Origin: an uncultured Clostridia bacterium
GTDB taxonomy: Bacteria > Bacillota > Clostridia > TANB77 > CAG-508
Reading direction: 5' to 3'
Length of the DNA: 64,000 bases
NCBI GenBank assembly: GCA_934130285.1
Contig: CAKOXT010000005.1
Span: forward strand, 52,973 to 116,972
A model generated the notes under the pieces. The model had not been told where the DNA came from. It was given only the letters and a program-made list of their open reading frames with translations, and did no database searches. Of this stretch, positions 56,855-64,000 are shown one piece after another (positions within the stretch are counted from its first letter, which is position 1; every line of letters begins with the position of its first letter). The translations under genes were made by a program, and so were the position numbers.

Positions 56855-57859
56855 TTAAAGTTCAATACTAATAGCATGTGCAATACCAGGAATAGATTCA
56901 CCTTGCTGGCTTGAAGTAGAATTCATTAAAGCGCCAGTAGCAACTAGTAATATTTTTTTTAATTTTTTGTTTTTTAATTGTTGAAAAAAGTAACCAGAAA
57001 AAACAGTTCCACAACACGCACAACCAGAACCACCAGAATGAGTATCTTGCTTTTCTTTATCAAACATAAGAACACCACAATCATTGTAATTAGAAGATAA
57101 TTGATATCCATCAGCTTTACACAAATCAAGAACAATTTCCTTTCCAATATGTCCAAGATCGCCAGTAATAATAGCATCGTAATAAGATGGAGCACGTCCA
57201 GTATCTTTAAGATGAGTTAAAATGGTGGAAACAGCAGCAGGCGCCATTGCACTACCCATGTTGTTAGCATCCTTAATTCCTCTGTCGACAATTTTGCCAG
57301 GAGTAACATGAGTTATATAAGGTCCTAATCCGTCGCTAGACAAAACAGCAGCACTACTTCCGGTTACAGTCCACTGAGAAGTAGGTGGCCTTTGATTCCC
57401 AAGTTCAAGAGGAAAACGAAATTGCTTTTCTGCACTACAAAAATGACTTGAAGTAGAAGCGATAGCATATTTGCCAGCACCACCATCCAATAACATAGAT
57501 GCAAGCATCATTCCTTCAACAAATGTTGAACAAGCACCAAAAACTCCGAAAAAAGGAATTTCAAAATCTCTAATTCCAAAACTTGAGGAAATACATTGAT
57601 TTAATAAATCTCCTGCAAATAAGTAATCAATACTTGAAACAGAAAGATCAGATTTTCTAATAACAGTTTCAATAGCCGTTTTAATCATTTTGGACTCAGC
57701 TTTTTCCCATGTTTTTTCACCATAAAATTCATCTTCTAAACAAACATCAAAATATTTGGCCATTGGACCGTCAGATTCTTTTTTTCCAACAATACTAGCA
57801 GTTTCTAATATCGTAACAGGATTATCTAATTTAAAAGTTTGAGAACCAATTTTTTTCAT
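56855..57859 (-). CDS. spoVAD: Stage V sporulation protein AD (thiolase-fold)
   Basis: SpoVAD-like sequence (..GKKE.DGP....FD......D..FGEKTWEKAE..). The ATG at 57859 follows AAGGAAA. Confidence 0.85.
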   Translation of the reverse strand: MKKIGSQTFKLDNPVTILETASIVGKKESDGPMAKYFDVCLEDEFYGEKTWEKAESKMIKTAIETVIRKSDLSVSSIDYLFAGDLLNQCISSSFGIRDFEIPFFGVFGACSTFVEGMMLASMLLDGGAGKYAIASTSSHFCSAEKQFRFPLELGNQRPPTSQWTVTGSSAAVLSSDGLGPYITHVTPGKIVDRGIKDANNMGSAMAPAAVSTILTHLKDTGRAPSYYDAIITGDLGHIGKEIVLDLCKADGYQLSSNYNDCGVLMFDKEKQDTHSGGSGCACCGTVFSGYFFQQLKNKKLKKILLVATGALMNSTSSQQGESIPGIAHAISIEL

Positions 57860-57885
57860 ACACAATTTCCTTTCTAAAAATTAAA

Positions 57886-58350
57886 TTATACTAACATGAT
57901 AGATTGAACATTGAATAACAAATAAACAAGTCCAACAATAACAGAAGAAGAAATGCCGTAAACAAGGACAGGTCCAGCAACAGTAAACATTTTTGCTCCA
58001 ACACCCATAACAAATCCTTCAGATTTATACTCCATTGCAGGCGAAATTATAGAATTTGCAAAACCTGTAATAGGAACGAGCGAACCAGCGCCAGCAAATT
58101 TCCCAATTTTATTAAAAACATTAATTGCAGTTAAAAATGCACTCAAAAAGATCAAACATATTGAAACAACAGTACCTGTAATTTCAGACGAAAAACCTCT
58201 ATAAACAAAATAATCAAAAATTAATTGACCAATTACGCAAATTAATCCACCAACCCAAAATGCATTAAAACAATTTTTAAAAATAGGAGAATTTGGCGAT
58301 TTTTTATCAACGTAATTTTGATAATCTTTATTAGTATTTATTGACTCCAT
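57886..58350 (-). CDS. spoVAC: Stage V sporulation protein AC
   Basis: The ATG at 58350 follows AGGAGG. ..KNCFNAFWVGGLICVIGQ.. is a SpoVAC signature. Confidence 0.85.
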   Translation of the reverse strand: MESINTNKDYQNYVDKKSPNSPIFKNCFNAFWVGGLICVIGQLIFDYFVYRGFSSEITGTVVSICLIFLSAFLTAINVFNKIGKFAGAGSLVPITGFANSIISPAMEYKSEGFVMGVGAKMFTVAGPVLVYGISSSVIVGLVYLLFNVQSIMLV

Positions 58351-58563
58351 AAAAAGCCTCCTTTTATTAAATATAATTTCCGAAAAATAGAAAAATATTC
58401 CCAAAAAGGTAAAATTAAAAATATGTTACATTACTGTTACTTTTAATTAACACTTATATTAAACTTATTGACTTTTAGTGCCTAAATAGGTAAAAATATA
58501 AGTATAAATGATTAAAAAAGTCGTAAAAAAACAGATCATTTATGCAGGTAAAAGGAGATAAAA

Positions 58564-60207
58564 ATGCAAAGCTGTTTAGGAGTATATATAGACGATAATT
58601 TAATTAAATATGCTAAAGTTTCAAAGGAAAAAGATAACTATAAAATCGAATCATCTGGAACAAAATTTTATGAAGATATAAACCAAGCAATTAAACAAAT
58701 TGTAGTAGAAACTAATAGCTCTAAGATTCCAATTTCTACCAATATAACAGGAGAGTCATACGACTACTTTAGCTTTTATTCTGGAATAAAAGAAAAAGAC
58801 CTAGATAAATCACTTGGCATGGAATTCGAAATGCAATGTGCAGAAAAAGGCGTAAATAAAGATGATTTAGAAAGAAGAAATATATATATAATAGACCAAG
58901 ACAATGCAGATCAAATGATTGCAATTAACGTATCAGCAGATAAAAGCACAATTGAAGATGAAAAACGCTTGTTTGAAAAGTATATGCTAGGTACAATTCA
59001 ACCGTTACCAATTGGCATAATGAATCTAGTGAAATTAGATGACGATAAAAATGAATTGATAGTAAATATGGAAGAAAAAACAACATTAACATTTTGCGAA
59101 AATGGTCAAATCAATTCAATTCAAGAAATAGAGACAAGTATTTCAGAAGCTTTAAGAGAGATAACAAAAAGAGAAAATTCAAAAACAAAAGCATACGAAA
59201 TATTGAAAAATATAACAATATCATCACAAGATATGGATACATTGCAAGATGGAAATGAATATATGGATGTTGTTATTCCAGTTCTTTTCAAAATGCTTAA
59301 TGAATTAAAAGAGAAAATGAGCGATTTTGGAAGACAAATACATAAAATATATTTCACAGGAACAGGAATTGTTATAAACAATGTAGATATGTATTTCCAA
59401 GATAGATTAAATGATATCCAATGCGATTTGATAAAACCTTCATTCTTAGATTCGCAATCATTAAAAATTGGAATTAAAGATTATATAGAAGTAAACAGCG
59501 CAATTTCATTAGCAATTTCAGGATTATCAAATGATAATAAATTGAACTTTGCTGGAAAAAAAGGATTTAAGATTCAAGGATTAGAAATAACTGGACTTCC
59601 AGCTGGAAAAACTCCAAAAGTAAAATCACTTAAAGAAACTGCAGAAGAAAAATTGGATGCGTTTGAAAAGCTTGCACTTAGATTGATTATATTATCAATT
59701 ATATTTTTGATTACATATACAGCTATTACAGGAACAATATACAATAACTTAGCAGATAAATCAGCAGATGCTACTCAAAAAATAGCAGATACTCAATCAT
59801 CAATAGCTACAATGGCAAAAACAAAAACATCAATTGAATATTTAACTTCAGAATATGATTCAATAATTGCAAAATTAAATAGCGGAACAGCTACAAATGG
59901 AACATCAGCATTTAGAACAAATGAATTAAATAACTTCTTAACAAAGTTGAAATCAATAATACCAACAGAAGTTAAATTAGTAAGTTTAGAAAATACAGAA
60001 CAAAGACACATCGTAATTCAAGCAAGAGCTGCTAAATATCAACAATTAGGATATTTCAAAGCATTACTAGAAGCAGAAACACAAGAAGGTAGTTCATATA
60101 AATCAATATTATCAAATGTAAAAGCCAGCACTGGTATAAGATACCATGATGATACATTAGATGAAGATTATATATTAATTACTATAGAAGGAGATCTAAC
60201 AGAATAA
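58564..60207 (+). CDS. pilM: Type IV pilus assembly protein, PilM-like N-terminal domain fused to a PilN-like TM/C-terminal domain
   Basis: The N-terminus LGVYIDDNLIKYAKVSK.. is actin-like PilM. A TM segment at about residue 375 is followed by a coiled coil and a ..VKLVSLEN...IVIQARA.. PilN-like fold. Confidence 0.5.
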   Translation: MQSCLGVYIDDNLIKYAKVSKEKDNYKIESSGTKFYEDINQAIKQIVVETNSSKIPISTNITGESYDYFSFYSGIKEKDLDKSLGMEFEMQCAEKGVNKDDLERRNIYIIDQDNADQMIAINVSADKSTIEDEKRLFEKYMLGTIQPLPIGIMNLVKLDDDKNELIVNMEEKTTLTFCENGQINSIQEIETSISEALREITKRENSKTKAYEILKNITISSQDMDTLQDGNEYMDVVIPVLFKMLNELKEKMSDFGRQIHKIYFTGTGIVINNVDMYFQDRLNDIQCDLIKPSFLDSQSLKIGIKDYIEVNSAISLAISGLSNDNKLNFAGKKGFKIQGLEITGLPAGKTPKVKSLKETAEEKLDAFEKLALRLIILSIIFLITYTAITGTIYNNLADKSADATQKIADTQSSIATMAKTKTSIEYLTSEYDSIIAKLNSGTATNGTSAFRTNELNNFLTKLKSIIPTEVKLVSLENTEQRHIVIQARAAKYQQLGYFKALLEAETQEGSSYKSILSNVKASTGIRYHDDTLDEDYILITIEGDLTE

Positions 60208-60226
60208 TTCAAGAAGGAGATAAAAA

Positions 60227-61015
60227 ATGAGAAAACTAATTCTCTCAGGAGTTTTGATTTTTACATTGATTTTTGCTTTTGTGTGTGTGAAATCTGGAAT
60301 GACAGGACCAATTCGAATTTATAGTTACAAAGATTTAAAAACACAAAGTAAAGCAACTAATCAAAAAATGAATGAATTAACTAAAGTAAAATCAGAAGGA
60401 TATGCAGTAACAGAAGCAAATTTACAAAGAACTGTAAAAAAACATTTAGAAGTAAAAAGTACATATGAAAAAGTTGCTAGTACAAAAACAGAAGAACAAA
60501 AACAAAGAGCATTACTTGGACAAGATTATGATTTAAGTTTCTTATGGGTAGAATTAGGAAACTGTGCAACAAAAAATAACTGTGATTTAACATTAGAAGT
60601 ATCACAAGAAAAAGATGTATCAGATGATGAAAATTATGTATTATGTGATTTGAAATTTGAAATAGTTAGTGGGTATGATGGAATAACAAGTTTCATAGAA
60701 GACATTAGTAAAGATGCTGACTTAGGATTTATTCCTGAAAACTTAAAATTATATTCAGAATATAGACAAGTAAAAGTATTGAATCCAGAAGATAATTCAA
60801 TAGCATATGATACCAAATTAATGTTAGTTACAGAATTCTATAAAACTGATGTACCAATATCAAAAACATCAATATCAAAAGTGGAAAATGAGCAAACACT
60901 AGAAGCTGAAAAACAAGCTGAAGAAGAAGCTGCTAAAGCAGCAAAAAATACTACAAATTCTACAAGTAAAACAAATACAACTAACACAGCAAACAAAAAA
61001 AATACATCAAAATAA
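60227..61015 (+). CDS. PilO-like pilus assembly protein
   Basis: N-terminal TM, coiled coil, ..CDLKFEIVSGYDGITSFIEDI.. PilO-like core, and a T/N/K-rich tail. Confidence 0.4.
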   Translation: MRKLILSGVLIFTLIFAFVCVKSGMTGPIRIYSYKDLKTQSKATNQKMNELTKVKSEGYAVTEANLQRTVKKHLEVKSTYEKVASTKTEEQKQRALLGQDYDLSFLWVELGNCATKNNCDLTLEVSQEKDVSDDENYVLCDLKFEIVSGYDGITSFIEDISKDADLGFIPENLKLYSEYRQVKVLNPEDNSIAYDTKLMLVTEFYKTDVPISKTSISKVENEQTLEAEKQAEEEAAKAAKNTTNSTSKTNTTNTANKKNTSK

Positions 61016-61032
61016 AAAAAGGAGAAAAATAA

Positions 61033-61554
61033 ATGAAGACAGTTATTAGAGAAATAATTGCGATGATAATTTTAGTCGCAGCAATAATTTTAGTAACAGT
61101 TACATTCTTCTTGGACTACATCAAAGATCAAGCGGATCAACCACAATCTGCAGTTTATAAAATGTCAGATGAAGAAAGTACTATATTAAAAGAAAGACAA
61201 AATTATATAAATTCTCAAAATAAAATTGTTTTGTCATCAGCATATTCAATAGATTCAAGTGACTTACAAAATTACAAGGCTACTAATCAATTAAAAACAG
61301 GACAAAGCAATCCATTTGATGAGGCTCCAATAACAGACGTTATCTATGACGCAGAAGGAAAAGCTTATTATCAAATAACTTCATCAATAAACTCATCAAA
61401 TAAAACAACTGGTACGGTAGTACGTGAATCAGTAGCAGGAACAACTACAAACACAAGTACAAATACAAGTAATTCAACATACCAACCAGATAAAGACATT
61501 ACAGCACCGTCTACAACATCAGGTAATTTAACAAAAGGAAATGGTGGAAAATAA
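61033..61554 (+). CDS. Hypothetical membrane-anchored protein of the pilus cluster
   Basis: One N-terminal TM segment and an S/T/N-rich C-terminus. Confidence 0.45.
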   Translation: MKTVIREIIAMIILVAAIILVTVTFFLDYIKDQADQPQSAVYKMSDEESTILKERQNYINSQNKIVLSSAYSIDSSDLQNYKATNQLKTGQSNPFDEAPITDVIYDAEGKAYYQITSSINSSNKTTGTVVRESVAGTTTNTSTNTSNSTYQPDKDITAPSTTSGNLTKGNGGK

Positions 61555-61618
61555 TTAAATATCGGTTATATTTAAAATTTATATATATAACACAATTAAA
61601 AAACCAAGGAGGAAAATT

Positions 61619-62029
61619 ATGAAAAATCAAAAAGGTATTACATTGGTAGCATTAGTTATCACAATCGTTGTATTATTGATCTTAGCTGGTGTTACAATAT
61701 CAATGGTATTAGGACCAAATGGAGTTTTAACTAACTCACAAAAAGCAAAGGACAATTCAGCAAAAGGTACAGCTAATGATGCATTAGCAACAGCATTAAG
61801 CTCAGTTTCTACAGATTATTATACTAAAGATGGAGCTAGCACAGGTACAATGTTACAATATCTTCAAAGTGATAATGTAAACTTAGCAACTTTAGCACCT
61901 GGATACACATACGCTTTCTCAGACGATGGAAAAACAATCACAATGACATCTGAAAAAGATGGATATGTATTTACAGCTACAATAACAGATACATTAACTG
62001 TCAACAGTTTCACAAGCAATAAAGACTAA
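61619..62029 (+). CDS. Candidate major pilin (prepilin-type N-terminus, Ala at +5)
   Basis: MKNQKG/ITLVALVITIVVLLILAGV. 136 aa. Strong RBS AAGGAGG and its own strong terminator. Confidence 0.55.
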   Translation: MKNQKGITLVALVITIVVLLILAGVTISMVLGPNGVLTNSQKAKDNSAKGTANDALATALSSVSTDYYTKDGASTGTMLQYLQSDNVNLATLAPGYTYAFSDDGKTITMTSEKDGYVFTATITDTLTVNSFTSNKD

Positions 62030-62043
62030 GATATAAAATAAAA

Positions 62044-62076
62044 AGCATATGCATTTTATATATGCATATGCTTTTA
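62044..62076 (+). terminator. Intrinsic terminator after the pilin gene
   Basis: GCATATGCA, loop, TGCATATGC, then TTTT. Confidence 0.6.
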
Positions 62077-62122
62077 TTAAAAATTTACAATTAAAATCAT
62101 AAACGAAAAAAAAGGAGAAAAG

Positions 62123-62941
62123 ATGGAATTAATACTATATTTAATAATTTTCATAATGGGAACAGTTTTTGGAAGCTTTTGTACATTAGCAATATATCGT
62201 ATTCCCTTAAAGAAAAACATAACAAATGAAAGATCTTTTTGTCCTAATTGTAAACACAGATTGGGATTTTTTGACTTAATCCCAGTATTTAGCTACATAT
62301 TTCTTGGAGGAAAATGTAGATATTGTGGTAAAAAAATAAAAAATAGTTATTTCATAATAGAATTTTTAATGGGGCTAACATCAGTTGGAATATACCTATC
62401 ATTACATGCAACTTGGGAGACAATGTCTATATTAACATTAGTAGAATATTTATATTTAATGATATTTGTAACAACATTAGTATTAATTGCAGGAATTGAT
62501 AAAAATAATAAAAAAATCAACAAATCAATCATATTTTTTGGCTGTATAGTTGGTTTTGTCCATATCATATATTTATATATAATAAAAAATGCAACAATAA
62601 TTAGTATATATAAATATGTCATATACTTTATCATAGTATGTGCATTATCATTAATTACGTCAAAACATATATATTTTAGATATACATACCTTCTAGAAAT
62701 ATTGATGATATGTATATATATAAATATGTTTGTAATTTCAGAAGTATTCCTTATAACAGCTATTTTAACAATGATATCTTTATTAATGGGAATAGCAATA
62801 AGAAAAAGAAAAACCAAAATAGATAAAAGCGATATATTAGCAGAAAAGAATGTAAACCTAGATTTACCGATTGCATATTGTTTATGCATATCAAATATAG
62901 TTGCAATGTTAATACAAGGAATTGAAATCATAAAATTATAG
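62123..62941 (+). CDS. pilD: Prepilin peptidase (A24 family)-like membrane protein
   Basis: The N-terminus GSFCTLAIYRIP...FCPNCKHRL..DLIPVFSY..GGKCRYCGKKI is typical of PilD. The first Asp context AGID is present. The second GxGD motif was not recognised. Confidence 0.65.
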   Translation: MELILYLIIFIMGTVFGSFCTLAIYRIPLKKNITNERSFCPNCKHRLGFFDLIPVFSYIFLGGKCRYCGKKIKNSYFIIEFLMGLTSVGIYLSLHATWETMSILTLVEYLYLMIFVTTLVLIAGIDKNNKKINKSIIFFGCIVGFVHIIYLYIIKNATIISIYKYVIYFIIVCALSLITSKHIYFRYTYLLEILMICIYINMFVISEVFLITAILTMISLLMGIAIRKRKTKIDKSDILAEKNVNLDLPIAYCLCISNIVAMLIQGIEIIKL

Positions 62942-62952
62942 GAGAAATAAGA

Positions 62953-64000
62953 GTGAAAAAAATTTTGATTCAAAAATTAAAAAAAGATGAAGGCTTCACA
63001 GGACAAGACATATTAATAGCAATCTTCATAACAAGTGCTTTTCTTTCTTTAATCGTAACCATGCTAATAAATTTATCCAATACTAGCTATGAAATAAATA
63101 AAACGAAACAAATGACAGAGTTAATTAGTAAAATGGCAGATAAAATTGATCAAATGGGATATAATGATTTTCAAGATACAACAGAAGAAAAGGATACTTC
63201 CGAAGTTAGTGAATTACGATCATATGAAATTCCAAATGGTATTACGATGAAATATAAAGTATCAACAGAAGGAGATACTAATGATCCAACAAAAGTAATA
63301 ACATTAATAGGAACATACAAAGTAAATGGAGCAGATAATACTGTAAGAATTTCAATAAAAAAGAAAAATGCCAGTGGCTCTGATAGCGGAAATAATGGCA
63401 ATACAGGAGAGGATGGATACATTACTCCATCAATAGGAAGTATGTATCAATATCCATTCAATATACCTAAGAATAGTGGAAACTTCGAAGGAGAAGAATT
63501 AGTACCAGTTAAGTTTGTATGGACAGCATTTTATCAAAATGGAAAAAATGGATACTGGGTTACCACAACAGAAGATGACAAAGAATGGTATTCAATAGAA
63601 GAAGGAATATATCCAACATATGTAAAAGCGTCAGTAAGCAGAGCGCAAAGAACATTTAGAATGCCAGATGGAACAACCAAAACATATGAAATAATAAATC
63701 AATCACTAAAACCATCAGGATATGGTTGGTATCAACAAGGTGGAGTAGATTTATATGTGTGGGTTCCGAGAATAGCTGGAACTGAATATTATAATGGATA
63801 TGCATTTGAAACAACAAATTATGAAATTGTTGAACAAACAGGAGGAGGATATGTATTAAAAACTCCAGAATTATCAAGCTATAATGAATCAATATTTCCA
63901 AGCACAGCAAGAGGTGTACTTGTAAGATATAGTAGATCAAATGGATTTTATGGAAATAGCATTGTTAATGCATTGCCATATAAAACAAGATCTGCATTAA
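62953..64000 (+). CDS. Large pseudopilin-like protein, partial (runs off the window)
   Basis: I translated frame 1 by hand from GTG 62953 to base 64000 and found no stop. The N-terminus KKDEG/FTGQDILIAIFITSAFLSLIV is prepilin-like. Absent from the ORF track because it has no stop in the window. Confidence 0.55.
   Translation, partial: MKKILIQKLKKDEGFTGQDILIAIFITSAFLSLIVTMLINLSNTSYEINKTKQMTELISKMADKIDQMGYNDFQDTTEEKDTSEVSELRSYEIPNGITMKYKVSTEGDTNDPTKVITLIGTYKVNGADNTVRISIKKKNASGSDSGNNGNTGEDGYITPSIGSMYQYPFNIPKNSGNFEGEELVPVKFVWTAFYQNGKNGYWVTTTEDDKEWYSIEEGIYPTYVKASVSRAQRTFRMPDGTTKTYEIINQSLKPSGYGWYQQGGVDLYVWVPRIAGTEYYNGYAFETTNYEIVEQTGGGYVLKTPELSSYNESIFPSTARGVLVRYSRSNGFYGNSIVNALPYKTRSAL

Overview
Chromosomal segment of a very AT-rich, endospore-forming Firmicute (Clostridia-like). 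By hand count, 60-nt samples of host genes are about 23-30% GC. The left edge carries the 3' end of a type II-C-like cas9, then cas1, cas2 and an 11-repeat CRISPR array. The repeat closely resembles the Neisseria meningitidis repeat and has an extended -10 promoter in every copy, so crRNAs are probably made from the minus strand. No tracrRNA can be called confidently; I give two candidates. A small nuclease-like ORF lies between decayed repeat remnants just beyond the array. The rest is mainly sporulation and housekeeping genes. Sporulation: spoIIAA-spoIIAB-sigF-spoIID-spoIIQ-like, spoIIID, yabG, veg, yunB, spoVAC-AD-AE. Housekeeping: addA, lepA, rlmB, pyrG, aspS, rnhB, pdp, pepF, rplM-rpsI, infC-rpmI-rplT, leuS, clpE-like, htrA. 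There are also two paralogous ECF sigma/anti-sigma modules, a frameshifted comEC, and a type IV pilus-like cluster that runs off the right edge. I recognised no rRNA, tRNA, transposase, integrase or prophage genes. The points most worth a second look: the CRISPR-adjacent elements; six single-gene, higher-GC islands (HNH/ParB-like, REC-only proteins, unknowns, GNAT); two families of conserved hairpins, one of which brackets an island; two frameshifts in a shared CGGA context; and pilins that lack Glu5 next to a divergent prepilin peptidase. I found no clear multi-gene novel system. All product calls come from motif recognition by eye, not from searches.
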